DNA from: Verrucomicrobiota bacterium
Lineage (GTDB): Bacteria > Verrucomicrobiota > Verrucomicrobiia > Limisphaerales > Palsa-1400
DNA length: 64,000 nucleotides
Reading direction: 5' to 3'
Assembly (NCBI GenBank): GCA_049510745.1
Contig: JBEKYR010000013.1
Coordinates: forward strand, 1-64,000
Positions within the stretch are counted from its first letter, which is position 1; each line of letters opens with the position of its first letter. The notes under the pieces are model-generated. The model had not been told where the DNA came from. It saw only the letters and a program-made list of their open reading frames with translations, and ran no database searches. The translations under genes and the position numbers were made by a program. Shown here in pieces: positions 8,940 to 18,958 of this stretch.

Positions 8940-10325
8940 ATGGAAGCTCATGTTCAATCTTCCTCTCCTCCGGCCCCGTCCGTTTCCCGTTCCTGGTGGA
9001 AACCGCTGAACCCCTACCAAAAGAACGTCTTCGTGCTGGCCTCGCTCGCCTGGCTTTTCGATTGCCTCGGCCAGCAGGTCTTTGTCATCGCCCGCAATCC
9101 CGCCGTCATTCACCTCATGAAGCAAGGAACTCCTCCCGAAAGGATCAAGGAAGTCGGCGCTTACGCCACCAGCATCTTCGTCCTGGGATGGGCTACCGGC
9201 GGGTTGATTTTTGGAGCGGTCGGAGATCGCATCGGCCGCGCCCGCGCCTTGGCGATCACGATTCTGCTCTACGGCCTTTGCACCGGGTTGTCGGGGTTTT
9301 CGACCGGCATCGCCGACTTTTGCGCCTATCGGTTCATCACCGGCTTGGGGGTGGGCGGCGTTTTTGGGCTGGCTGTGGCTTTGTGCGCCGACTCGTTGCC
9401 GGACATCTCCCGTCCCAGCGCTCTCGGCCTGCTCCAGGCCCTGTCGGCGGTCGGCAACATCATTGCGGGCGTGACCGCGGTCATCCTCGGTTACCTGGGA
9501 AGCGAGGGAGCGTGGCGTTCTTTGTTCTGGCTCGGCGCCCTCCCTGCGCTGGTTTGCGTCTTCTTTCAATTCAAAATGAAGGAGCCGGAAAAATGGGTGG
9601 CGGCGCGCGCCCGGGGCAGGGTGACCGGCGCGCGCTTCGGTTCGTACGCCTCTCTCTTTGGCGAGGCGCGTTGGCGCAAACCCGCTCTCTTCGGCATGTT
9701 GCTCTGCGTGGCCGGCGTCGTCGGTTTGTGGGGCGTCGGATTCTTCAGCCCCGAATTGGTCAATTATGTCATCGGCAAAGCGCTGGCCGCCCGCCACGTT
9801 CCCGCCGCGCAGATGCCCGGCAAACGGCTCATGTGGGTCGGCTTGACGATGATCGTGCAGAATTTCGGCTCCTTCCTCGGCATGCTGGCCTTTACCAGAC
9901 TGGCTCACAATTACGGACGAAAAAAAGTCTTTGCTCTCTCGGCCGTTTGCGCCTATGTCAGCACGGTCGTGACTTTCAAATTCCTCGCCGAGCCTTGGCA
10001 GATTTTCGTCTTGTGCCCGCTGATGGGATTTTTTCAACTGTCGTTGTTCGCCGGATTTGCCATTTATCTCCCGGAACTTTTTCCGTTGCGGTTGCGCAGC
10101 ACCGGAACAAGCTTTTGCTACAATGTGGGCCGGTTTGTCGCCGCCAGCGGTCCCTTCACTCTGGGGGTGCTCCAACTCCATTTGGCCCCGGCCGCCGCGC
10201 CGCCCGAGGTGAAAATGGCCGCTTTCCGCAGCGCCTGCTGCTGGGTGAGCCTGATCTACCTGCTGGCGCTTTTCGCCCTGCCGTTTTTGCCGGAAACCAA
10301 AGGCCAGCCCATGCCGGAGGATTAA
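8940..10325 (+). CDS. MFS transporter
   Basis: ~12 hydrophobic segments; motif A GAVGDRIGRARAL; YLPELFPLRLRSTG; PETKG at the C-terminus. Confidence 0.92.
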   Translation: MEAHVQSSSPPAPSVSRSWWKPLNPYQKNVFVLASLAWLFDCLGQQVFVIARNPAVIHLMKQGTPPERIKEVGAYATSIFVLGWATGGLIFGAVGDRIGRARALAITILLYGLCTGLSGFSTGIADFCAYRFITGLGVGGVFGLAVALCADSLPDISRPSALGLLQALSAVGNIIAGVTAVILGYLGSEGAWRSLFWLGALPALVCVFFQFKMKEPEKWVAARARGRVTGARFGSYASLFGEARWRKPALFGMLLCVAGVVGLWGVGFFSPELVNYVIGKALAARHVPAAQMPGKRLMWVGLTMIVQNFGSFLGMLAFTRLAHNYGRKKVFALSAVCAYVSTVVTFKFLAEPWQIFVLCPLMGFFQLSLFAGFAIYLPELFPLRLRSTGTSFCYNVGRFVAASGPFTLGVLQLHLAPAAAPPEVKMAAFRSACCWVSLIYLLALFALPFLPETKGQPMPED

Positions 10326-10338
10326 ACCAGGACATAAC

Positions 10339-11886
10339 ATGAACTCCCCCTTCCTTGCCCGCGTGTTCGCAAGATCGTCGTGCGCCATTCTCCTGCTGGC
10401 CGCCGCCTGCGCGGCCCGCGCCCAGGGCCTTTCTTTCAATCTGGCGGAGCCGCCCCTCCCTTTGAAGGCGGCGCCTGATTGCCTCATCGCCGCCGACCTC
10501 AACGGCGATGGATTCATTGACCTGGTCACGGCCAACTCTGACAACACTCTCACGGTCTTTACCAATCAAGGCAACGGTATCTTCAGCGTTGCCGCCACGC
10601 CCGGCGTGGGGAGTTTTCCCGAATGCGTCGCCGCCGCCGATCTCAACGGCGATGGCAAACTGGATTTGATCAGTGCCAATGGCATGGACGACACCTTGAC
10701 CGTCTTGACCAACGCCGGCGGCATGGCCTTTGTTTTGGTCACCAACATTCCCGTGGGCCACTTTCCCTCATGGGTCGCCGCCGCGGACCTGAACGGGGAC
10801 GGCAAAGTCGATTTGGTCTGCGCCAACTCTGACGACACGACCCTGACGGTCCTGACCAACGGCGGCGGCGGCCGCTTCATCATTTCCTCGAACTACGTCG
10901 TGGGACCCAACCCTTATTTCGTGCTGGCGGCGGACGTGAACAATGACGGGAAAATCGACTTGATCAGCGCCAATTTCAACGGGAACTCGGTCACGGTTCT
11001 CACCAACAAAGGCAACGGCACTTTCGCCCTGTCCGCAATCTACAAAGTGGGCGTCTCGCCTTTGTTCATCGCGGCGGCGGATGTCGGCGGCAACGCGATG
11101 GTGGACCTCATCACCGCCAATTCCGGCGACGGCACCCTCACCGTCCTGACCAACAGAGGCGACGGCACCTTCGCCATGATGGTCACGCCCATTATCGGCG
11201 GTATTCCTCAATCGGTCGCCGCCGCCGATGTCAATGGCGACGGCATGGTCGATCTGATCGCCGCCGACAGTTACAACAACAACTTGATCGTGCTGACGAA
11301 CTGCGCTCGCCAGAGGTTCAATCTCGGCGCCACTGTGCCGGCCGGCAACACTCCCTTTTGCGTCGCCGCCGCGGACGTCAACGGCGACGGCTGGGTGGAT
11401 TTGATCTGCGCCAATCTGAGCGATGACACAGTCTCCGTCCTGACAAATTCCGGCCAGCTCGTTCTGAGCCAGCCCGCCTTTTCCGCGCCTTCCGGTTTCC
11501 AGCTTGTTCTCAAAGGAATCAGGGGGAGCGTTTATAGAATTGACACCTCGACCAATCTGAAAACTTGGACGCCGCTCCAAACCGTCTTTATGACAAACAC
11601 TGCCTGGCGCTTTTCCGACAAGTCCGCCGGCGCTCTTCCGGCGCGCTTTTACCGCGCGGTTCTGACGGCTATTCCGGTTCTGGCCAACCCCGCCTTCTCC
11701 CGCCCGGCGGGCTTTCACGCCACCCTCTATGGCAGCGCGGGGAGCACTTACGTCATCGAGTTCTCCACCAACCTGGCCACCTGGACGCCCCTGCAAACCA
11801 ACCTCATTTCCGGCAGCCTCTGGCCCTTCGCCGATCCGGCCGCCACAAATTCCCCCCACCGTTTTTACCGTGCCATTTCCCCCTGA
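10339..11886 (+). CDS. Secreted FG-GAP/VCBS repeat protein (7-bladed propeller) with two tandem RFYR-type C-terminal domains
   Basis: Signal peptide; seven ADxNGDGxxDL repeats; two copies of Y.I..STNL.TW.PLQT....F.D....P.RFYRA. Confidence 0.85.
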   Translation: MNSPFLARVFARSSCAILLLAAACAARAQGLSFNLAEPPLPLKAAPDCLIAADLNGDGFIDLVTANSDNTLTVFTNQGNGIFSVAATPGVGSFPECVAAADLNGDGKLDLISANGMDDTLTVLTNAGGMAFVLVTNIPVGHFPSWVAAADLNGDGKVDLVCANSDDTTLTVLTNGGGGRFIISSNYVVGPNPYFVLAADVNNDGKIDLISANFNGNSVTVLTNKGNGTFALSAIYKVGVSPLFIAAADVGGNAMVDLITANSGDGTLTVLTNRGDGTFAMMVTPIIGGIPQSVAAADVNGDGMVDLIAADSYNNNLIVLTNCARQRFNLGATVPAGNTPFCVAAADVNGDGWVDLICANLSDDTVSVLTNSGQLVLSQPAFSAPSGFQLVLKGIRGSVYRIDTSTNLKTWTPLQTVFMTNTAWRFSDKSAGALPARFYRAVLTAIPVLANPAFSRPAGFHATLYGSAGSTYVIEFSTNLATWTPLQTNLISGSLWPFADPAATNSPHRFYRAISP

Positions 11887-11913
11887 CTCGCCGTATTCTG
11901 GGGCCGACAACCA

Positions 11914-13224
11914 ATGAAGATACTGGTCCTGACAAATCTCTACCCTCCGCATCATGCCGGCACCTTCGATCATCGGTGTGAAAGGGTGACTGAGGCCCTG
12001 CGTTTGCGCGGCCATTCGATGTTTATCCTCACCTCCACCCACGGCCTGCGCACCGAGCAACGCGACGATCAGGCCCACCGCCGCCTCAAGCTCAACGGCG
12101 TTTTCGGCCATCCTCTCCTCACGGCCTACCCGGAACTCAAGTCCCTCGAGTTGCACAACAATGCCGTCTTGACGGAGTCCCTCGATCATTTTGAGCCGGA
12201 CGTCGTCCACGTTTTCAGCCTGCACGGCATTTCCAAGTCCCTCCTCTTCACCTTGCGCCATGCCAGAGTGCCGGTCGTCTATGATGTCTTCGACCACTGG
12301 CTTTCCGCCAACGTCCGCGAAGACCCCTGGCTGCTCTTCTGGAACTCCCCTGCCCTCCCCTTTCTGCGCCAATCCACCCGCACCGCCCTGGAAATGAGCG
12401 GCGAACGCGGCCGTTTGGATCACTGCGCCCCCACCCGCATGGCCAAAGGCTACGACCGCCTCCCGGGCCTTTTCGCCGAGGGCAAGGCCCGCGCCGCCGT
12501 CGAACCCGACTCCATCGCCGGCTTCAAATTCGACCACATCTACTTTTGCAGTCAGGCCCTTAAACGCCTGACCGGCCAGGTCGGCTTTTGCGTCCGGCAC
12601 GCCGACGTCATCTATCCGGGCATCACCGCCGCTCATGTGGGCGCGATCAAGCCCCCCGGCGCGCCGATGACGAAATTTCTCATCATCAGCCGTTTGAACG
12701 AGGAAAGCGGCGTGATGACCGCTTTGAAGGCGCTCAAAATCGCCCGCAAGGCCGGACTCAGGGTCACCCTCAGCGTTTATGGACGCGGCGAATCCAGTTA
12801 CGTCGCCGACTTGCGCTCCTTTGCCGTCGCCCATCAACTCCCCGTCGAGTTCCTGAGCGTGTCCAATTCCGACAGCGACCTGCCCGCCGTTTACAAGCAG
12901 CACGATGTCTTGCTGCACACCCCGGAGTGGGCCGAGCCGTTCCCGTTCACCCCGCTGGAGGCGATGGCCGGCGGCCTGCCCGTCATCGCCTCGACCCCCG
13001 GCGGCACGGAGGAACTGCTCCGCCACGGCGAGAACTCCTTGACCTATCCGCCCGGCGACGCCGAAGCCCTGGCACGGCGCATCCAGGAACTGCTCATTTC
13101 CCCCGCCCTCCGTTGCCAGATGGTGGAAACCGCCCAGGCCGAAGTCCTGGCCAAATTCAACGACACCACCGTCATCGACCAGGTGGAAATCTTCCTGGCC
13201 AACTCCCAGACCCAAACCACTTAA
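11914..13224 (+). CDS. Glycosyltransferase family 4 (GT-B)
   Basis: MKILVLTNLYPP N-terminus; EPFPFTPLEAMAGGLPVIAS..GG..E motif. Confidence 0.88.
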   Translation: MKILVLTNLYPPHHAGTFDHRCERVTEALRLRGHSMFILTSTHGLRTEQRDDQAHRRLKLNGVFGHPLLTAYPELKSLELHNNAVLTESLDHFEPDVVHVFSLHGISKSLLFTLRHARVPVVYDVFDHWLSANVREDPWLLFWNSPALPFLRQSTRTALEMSGERGRLDHCAPTRMAKGYDRLPGLFAEGKARAAVEPDSIAGFKFDHIYFCSQALKRLTGQVGFCVRHADVIYPGITAAHVGAIKPPGAPMTKFLIISRLNEESGVMTALKALKIARKAGLRVTLSVYGRGESSYVADLRSFAVAHQLPVEFLSVSNSDSDLPAVYKQHDVLLHTPEWAEPFPFTPLEAMAGGLPVIASTPGGTEELLRHGENSLTYPPGDAEALARRIQELLISPALRCQMVETAQAEVLAKFNDTTVIDQVEIFLANSQTQTT

Positions 13225-13254
13225 AACTGGGAGCCGTATCCATACAGAAGGATT

Positions 13255-13300
13255 GGGGAGTGCGGGCGCCCTCGCCCGCCCCCGTCGGCCCACGCGCCAG
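13255..13300 (+). repeat. GGGGAG-led REP-like hairpin
   Basis: GGGGAG-tGCGGGCG-ccct-CGCCCGC; same layout as 18832-18881. Confidence 0.5.
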
Positions 13301-13538
13301 CGTCAGCCCAACAATTTGTTCTGATGTCTCGCCGACGGAATCCGTTCCTCATTCCAATTCACCATTTTATGAGGAGAACAAACACATCGCCAATGATTCG
13401 GGTTGCGTACGATCTCTCTTGCGTCGTTTTTGTCCCTTTCGTCCCATCTGTTTCTTTCATAATGAGCCTCCGGGCAGGAGGTGGCGGCCAATCGTTCAGG
13501 CGCGCAAGATCCGTCCACGGGCGCCGTATTGGCCCTAT

Positions 13539-13709
13539 ATGAGACTACACTTTGAACTGCTCAGACTATTGGAACTCTTGCTGGTATTCGGCCTGATCGC
13601 CGTCCTCATCAGCCTTTTCGAGAGCTTCTGCAAAGAGGGCCGCGGCCGCAAACAACTCGACGACCTGGAAGACCGCGTCTCCCGCCTCGAAAAGCCCGGC
13701 GGCAAGTAA
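13539..13709 (+). CDS. Small single-TM hypothetical protein (56 aa)
   Basis: MRLHFELLRLLELLLVFGLIAVLISLF followed by the short coiled coil QLDDLEDRVSRLE; ATG at 13539 lies inside the 12588..13709 frame. Confidence 0.5.
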   Translation: MRLHFELLRLLELLLVFGLIAVLISLFESFCKEGRGRKQLDDLEDRVSRLEKPGGK

Positions 13710-14009
13710 TTCCTTTTTTGAGGCACCCTCTCTTAATCATAATCGTAATCTTGTCCTCGCAGAAAGATGCAGGCTTACGAATCAAGCGCGATTTGGGCAA
13801 TACTACGCTGATCTTTGCTGTCTGCGTCCCGCATACTTCATTGGCGCGTGCAATTTTCACGCCGCCTTTGTCAATTCCACGCACTTGCCCCCTGTGCGAA
13901 TCTCATCAAAACCTCGTCAAATTTTCACGAGCGATAGCCAGACCGCTTTTCCATCCAATTTCATCCCCTTTTCTCACCTGCGACTCACAGGGGCGGCCTG
14001 GCTGAACCG

Positions 14010-14026
14010 CTGGCATCCGCGATGCT
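14010..14026 (+). promoter_or_regulatory. Putative sigma54 (-24/-12) promoter
   Basis: CTGGCATCCGCGATGCT has GG-N10-GC spacing and lies ~100 bp upstream of the Ig/RCC1 gene. Confidence 0.4.
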
Positions 14027-14119
14027 GCAATGTTGACACTGGCCGAAACTTCGTTCTAATCGGCCGATAGTCCCAACGGCGGTAGTGCGGTTACGATTGA
14101 ACAAGATCGAAAGGAGTCA

Positions 14120-16201
14120 GTGTACCTTATGAAGTCTCAAAACCTTGGCGGCTTGGGGATAAAACCGATCAAGTTAACAGCGTTCGTTTGCATCGCGTTG
14201 AACTGCTCCGCCATCCTGAGTGCCAGTGCCGCCCCCCCTACAAATATTGTCATTCAGCCCACCAATCAATCCGCGACCGTTTTCGGCTCTGCGATGTTCT
14301 CTGTCACTGCCGACAGCCTCCTTCCGCTCAGCTACCAATGGGTTTTCAATGGCGAGCCGATCGCGAACGCGACAAATTCCGCCCTCATTTTAGGGCCGCT
14401 CACGGGCGCGCAAAACGGCTACTACGACGTCATTGTCAGCAACGCCGCGGGCGCCGCCATCAGTTCCAAAGCCCGGCTGACCGTTTATCAGGCGATTGCG
14501 TCAGACTTTCTCGGTTCCTCGCTCCAGAACTTCCTCTTGCAGTTCACCAACCTGATGGCGGTCACGACAGGGTCCGGCACTGTTTACGCCCTGAAGTCCG
14601 ACGGAACGGTGGCTGGTTACAATCCCTCCATATTCCCTGCGGAGAACGTTCCTCCCGGTTTGTCCGATGTGGTTGCAATTTCAGCCGGGGATTGGGACGT
14701 TTTGGCTTTGAAAAGCGATGGAACGGTCGCAGCCTGGGGCTTCATAACAAATGTTCCTGGCGGACTCTCCAATGTCACCGCCGTTGCCGCGGGCGCCAGT
14801 TATGACCTTGCCTTGCTCACCAACAGCACGATCGTGGAGTGGACGTATGGCGGTACCGCTGTCACGTCGCCGCCTTTATCCAATGTTGTGGCAATTGCAG
14901 GGGGAGAATGGCGATTTCTTGCCCTCAATGCAGACGGCACGGTGGTCGAGTGGTCGTCGGGAAGTCAGGCGAATCTGGTGCCAGGACTGTCAAATGTCAT
15001 CGCCATCGCGGCGGGATCCAGCTCTCTCGCCTTGAAGGCGGACGGCACCGTGGTGGGCTGGGATGGCCTGTCCACAAATCCTCTGCCCAACGTTTCAAAT
15101 GTGGTCGCTGTTGCGGTGCCCGACTCGGGCGGCAATCCCTCTTTTCTGGCTCTGAGATCGGACGGCACCGTGGCAACGTCGCCAGCGTCACCCTCATTCC
15201 CCTTTCCGCTCTCGAATGTTTTTGCCATCGACGCCGCGTATTCCGGTGGCGTCGCTCTTCTCAACGATGGTTCGCCGGCGTTCACGGTGCAGCCCGGCAA
15301 CCAGTTTCCGACCAATGGCGGCCCCGTCTGGCTGCACGCCCGCGCGGTGGGAACGCCGCCCATCAGCTACCAATGGCAGCTTGACGGAACCAATCTTCCC
15401 GGCGACACCAACGCTGATTTGACCATTACCAACGCGCAATCAAATGACTCTGGCCAATACCGTGCCTTGGCCTCCAACAACGTTGGCTCCGCTTCCAGCC
15501 GGGTCGCCTCGGTAACCCTTCCGCCGCCTCCGCCGCTTCCAATTTCCTACACCTTGGCCCAGGCCCTCAACGCGACCAATCTGACCTGGCCCACCTTCGG
15601 CAACGCCGTGTGGTTTCCCGAAAACGTCGTCACCCACGACGGTGTCGCCGCCGCCCAAAGCGGTTCCATCACCAACAGCATGTACACCGAACTGGAAACC
15701 ACCGTCACCGGGCCGGGAACCTTGACCTTTTGGTGGAAGGTCTCATCCGAGGAATACTTCGATTTCCTCTCGTTCTATATTGACTCTGGAACTCCCGCGG
15801 CCGCGAGCATCTCCGGGGAAGTCGATTGGCAACCAATGACATTTCCCATCGCCTCCGGCTCCCACACTCTCATATGGATTTATGCCAAAGACCCGGACGT
15901 CAGTGTCGGCCAGGATGCCGGATGGCTCGATCAAGTCAGCTTCGTTCCCCAGCCGAGGCCGGCGCAACTGGGCCTCCCGGCGCTCCTCTCGGACGGCAGC
16001 CTGCTCTTCAACGTCTATGCGACCAACGGCAACATCCTGGCGCTGAACGATCCGGCGGCTCTGATCTTTGAAGCCAGCACCGACCTGGTTGCCTGGATTC
16101 CGTTGACAAACGCCCTGACCCTGACCAACGGCGCCGCGCAGTTGCGCGACCCCGGCGCCACCAACTCCCCCGCCCGCTTTTATCGCCTGCTGCGGCAATA
16201 A
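14120..16201 (+). CDS. Secreted Ig-domain + RCC1-like repeat protein with RFYR-type C-terminal domain
   Basis: Signal peptide; Ig domains (QP.NQ...SYQW..NG...Y); repeated LALKSDGTVAAWG / LSNVVAIAAG; FWWKVSSE...DAGWLDQV beta-sandwich; ends EASTDLVAW...DPGATNSPARFYRL. AGGAG precedes GTG 14120 / ATG 14129. Confidence 0.85.
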   Translation: MYLMKSQNLGGLGIKPIKLTAFVCIALNCSAILSASAAPPTNIVIQPTNQSATVFGSAMFSVTADSLLPLSYQWVFNGEPIANATNSALILGPLTGAQNGYYDVIVSNAAGAAISSKARLTVYQAIASDFLGSSLQNFLLQFTNLMAVTTGSGTVYALKSDGTVAGYNPSIFPAENVPPGLSDVVAISAGDWDVLALKSDGTVAAWGFITNVPGGLSNVTAVAAGASYDLALLTNSTIVEWTYGGTAVTSPPLSNVVAIAGGEWRFLALNADGTVVEWSSGSQANLVPGLSNVIAIAAGSSSLALKADGTVVGWDGLSTNPLPNVSNVVAVAVPDSGGNPSFLALRSDGTVATSPASPSFPFPLSNVFAIDAAYSGGVALLNDGSPAFTVQPGNQFPTNGGPVWLHARAVGTPPISYQWQLDGTNLPGDTNADLTITNAQSNDSGQYRALASNNVGSASSRVASVTLPPPPPLPISYTLAQALNATNLTWPTFGNAVWFPENVVTHDGVAAAQSGSITNSMYTELETTVTGPGTLTFWWKVSSEEYFDFLSFYIDSGTPAAASISGEVDWQPMTFPIASGSHTLIWIYAKDPDVSVGQDAGWLDQVSFVPQPRPAQLGLPALLSDGSLLFNVYATNGNILALNDPAALIFEASTDLVAWIPLTNALTLTNGAAQLRDPGATNSPARFYRLLRQ

Positions 16202-16420
16202 TCCTGAAAATAGCAATCGAACTGACTGAAAGCGCAATGAGAGCAAAAGGAGGGGTCCACCCATAGTTCGGGTCGTTTTTGCGCTGGAGCCATTATCAAG
16301 CCAAACGGTCACGCCTGGGGAATTGCTGTTCTTGGGTGGGTTGCCGGCGTCGGCCCACTATGCCGGTTTGTCCCTGTCTCCTTAACATCCCCCGATTCCC
16401 CAGCCCCGGACCGGATCAGA

Positions 16421-16655
16421 CCAAACGCCAAGGGCACAAGGCGCGAAGGCGCAAAGCTAAGGATGCGTTTCTTGCAGTGCAATATCCCAAAATCGCTCAT
16501 TTCTGAGAAAACTTTCTCACCACGAAGCGCGCGAACACGAAGTTCTGAATAGGCCCATCTGGATGCTTTTATCCGTGTTAATCCGTGTCCATCCGTGGTT
16601 GAAAATTTGGTTGCGGCTGCAGCGCTGCGTCTTGGCGTCTTTGGGCCTTTGCGTT
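16421..16655. repeat. Composite short-repeat element (9-mer and ATCCGTG 10-mer repeats, imperfect terminal inverted arms)
   Basis: atccgtgtta-atccgtgtcc-atccgtggtt at 16571-16600; caaacgccaagggcacaaggcg... at the left mirrors gcgtcttggcgtctttgggcctttgcgttg at the right. Confidence 0.5.
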
Positions 16656-16965
16656 GTTCTGCACCCTTCAAAAAACGTACAAATATGCTTGCATATACAT
16701 AAATCTGTGCCATATTCCACAGCGTGCGATCACTCGCTCTTGACATAAAGTGCAGTCGCCGGGGAGCAAACCTCTCACCCACCCCGGACGCCCACCCATC
16801 CCAATGCAACTTTAACGCAAAAGCTCAATCCCGCGCCCCTCAAAAAAGCAGGAATCCAAACCCAAAAACAGCGCCTAATCCGACTGGATCAAACTGAATC
16901 AAACTGGATCAAACCAAAACACACCCCCCTCCCCCCCTGAAAAACCACACTTCATCCTTTCCCCG

Positions 16966-17193
16966 CCAATCGTGCCCAATCGTGCTGAATCGTGCTGAAT
17001 CGTGCCAAAAAAGAAAAATCTCAACCACAATTGATAAACCATGCTTTATCATTTTCCCCGCCAATCGTGCCCAATCGTGCCCAATCGTGCCCAATCGTGC
17101 CCAATCGTGCCCAATCGTGCCCAATCGTGCCCAATCGTGCCCAATCGTGCCCAATCGTGCCCAATCGTGCCCAAAAAAGAAAAATCTCAACCA
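16966..17193. repeat. 10-bp tandem repeat CCAATCGTGC (4 copies at 16966-17005, 11 perfect copies at 17061-17170) inside a duplicated larger unit
   Basis: Counted directly. Both blocks are preceded by tttccccg and followed by caaaaaagaaaaatctcaaccac. Confidence 0.97.
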
Positions 17194-17243
17194 CCATCCA
17201 TGAACCCTGCGCCAAAAAACGAGCCGTTGCCATGCTTCCTGCA

Positions 17244-18026
17244 CTATTCGGTCTTCTCCGGCGATTCCAGGTAAAACTCCAGCGCCTCGGCCACCCCGTG
17301 GCCGTGGGGGAGCTGGCTGACATGCCCCTTCTGTTCCAGGACAGCTTCTTTGACGGCCGGGACGGCGTTGGCGGGCGCCGCCAGCCAGTGGGCGTACTGG
17401 CGCGAAAGCATCGGCAGATCGTTCAGATGATCGCCGGCGGCGAAGGTCTCGGCGGCGACGCAACCGCATTGGCGGGCGATCTCCCCCAGCGCCGTCCCCT
17501 TGTTGTAGGCATCGTGGCTGAGGCGCGCATAGACGTCGTTGCAGACCAGCGCCAGGTGCGGCACGTCGCGGCAGTAGCCGTTCAGGAATTTATATATGAC
17601 AGCGGCGTCCTCGTACTTCCCCGCAATCAGGCAAAACGGCGAATAGGCGTCCTCATAAATCGTGGCGGCAAAACGGGACTCGACCCATTCGCGCAGGCGC
17701 GGCAGATGGGGACGCACCCGCCGGAACAATTCGGCGTGCGCGTGGTGACAGGCCCGGTTCCAGGTCCGGTCCTCGACGTATTGCGAGCCGTCGTGCCGGT
17801 AGATTTCCCGCTCCACGATCACCGCGTAATCGGGCTGGATGCTCAGGCCCGCCCGGCCCAAGGCCTCCAGCAGGCCGGAAAGGTCGCGCCCGGTGTTAAT
17901 GACCCATTTGGCGCCGCCGGCTTGCAAGCGCCCGATAAGCTCTTGCAGCTTGAGCGGGACGGGCGGATTTTCAAACTCCGCGAAGAGCGTTCCATCGAAG
18001 TCCGTCGAAATCAGTTTAATGGGCAT
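17244..18026 (-). CDS. HAD-superfamily hydrolase (Cof/IIB type)
   Basis: Motifs ISTDFDGT, INTGR, NKGTAL, AGDHLNDLPML. Confidence 0.9.
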   Translation of the reverse strand: MPIKLISTDFDGTLFAEFENPPVPLKLQELIGRLQAGGAKWVINTGRDLSGLLEALGRAGLSIQPDYAVIVEREIYRHDGSQYVEDRTWNRACHHAHAELFRRVRPHLPRLREWVESRFAATIYEDAYSPFCLIAGKYEDAAVIYKFLNGYCRDVPHLALVCNDVYARLSHDAYNKGTALGEIARQCGCVAAETFAAGDHLNDLPMLSRQYAHWLAAPANAVPAVKEAVLEQKGHVSQLPHGHGVAEALEFYLESPEKTE

Positions 18027-18085
18027 GGTCGTTTGCAATTCGCCTTTCCGTCAGGCCGCACCTCGTATATCGTAAGCGCAACGAC

Positions 18086-18526
18086 ATGCCAAGTCTTCAG
18101 GACCAATTTGACGAAGCCATGTTCGAGTTCAGCACGGGAAACTGCGACGCCGCCATCGAACGCTTGCGCGCCATTCTGGCGCAGGACCCGGACTATTTCG
18201 ACGCCCAACTGTCCCTGGGCGGCGCCTATTACGCCAAGGGCGATTACGCCGCCGCCATCGCCGAGGGCCACAAGGCGGAAAAACTCAGGCCGCACGATCA
18301 ATTGGTCCACACCAACCTCTCGCGCGCCTATATGAAGGCCGGCGACAAGCAGACGGCCGAGCACCATGCCTTGCAGGCCCGCATCGCCTCCTGGCGCGGC
18401 AACATGGCCCCACCCGCCGCGCCGCCCCCGGAGGAGGCCGCCTTGGCGATGGCCCCGCCCAAACCGCCCCCGCTGAAGCCGCCGGAGAAATTTCCCGACA
18501 TGCCTTGGAAGAAAAATAAATCATGA
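18086..18526 (+). CDS. Tetratricopeptide repeat protein with Pro-rich tail
   Basis: DPDYFDAQLSLGGAYYAKGDYAAAI TPR pattern. Confidence 0.8.
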   Translation: MPSLQDQFDEAMFEFSTGNCDAAIERLRAILAQDPDYFDAQLSLGGAYYAKGDYAAAIAEGHKAEKLRPHDQLVHTNLSRAYMKAGDKQTAEHHALQARIASWRGNMAPPAAPPPEEAALAMAPPKPPPLKPPEKFPDMPWKKNKS

Positions 18527-18798
18527 AATCCTCCTACGAACTTGCCATGGAGCGTCTGAACAAAACGGCTCCCACCGTCAAAGTAACCGACGCGCAAAAG
18601 AAACAACTGGCCGAGTTGGACGCCAGATACGCGGCCAAAATCGCCGAACGCGAGATCTTTCTGAAAGGCGAGCTGGCCGCCGCCGCCGGCAAAGGCGACT
18701 TCGAGGCCGTCGGGCAATTGGAGAAGCAGTTGGCCGGCGAACGCAAAACGCTCCATGCCGAGTTGGAGGAGAAGAAAGAGAAGCTGCGCAAGGGGTAG
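18523..18798 (+). CDS. Hypothetical helical protein
   Basis: ATGA overlap with the TPR gene; typical codon usage; MKSSYELAMERL N-terminus. Confidence 0.75.
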   Translation: MKSSYELAMERLNKTAPTVKVTDAQKKQLAELDARYAAKIAEREIFLKGELAAAAGKGDFEAVGQLEKQLAGERKTLHAELEEKKEKLRKG

Positions 18799-18831
18799 CC
18801 CCAAATCCTAAGAACCGTTGCAGTACATCCC

Positions 18832-18881
18832 GGGGAGAACACGCGCCCCCGCGTGTTGCGGTCGGCGCCCCCGCCGACCGC
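18832..18881 (+). repeat. GGGGAG-led double-hairpin REP-like element between convergent genes
   Basis: GGGGAG-AACACGCG-cccc-CGCGTGTT then GCGGTCGGCG-cccc-CGCCGACCGC. Confidence 0.65.
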
Positions 18882-18958
18882 TTCTTCGCTCTCCTATCCA
18901 AATTGTATAGGTCATCGCTCGGCGGTAAGGCTGCGTTAGGCAACTCCTGGGGCAGAAG

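Noticed and set aside
17061..17170. CRISPR array
   Set aside because: The units are contiguous 10-mers with no unique spacers, and no cas genes are present.
16909..17469. ORFs with HDWARLGTIG / CPIVPNRAQS peptide repeats
   Set aside because: They are translations of the 10-bp DNA repeat, open in several frames on both strands, and overlap the HAD gene.
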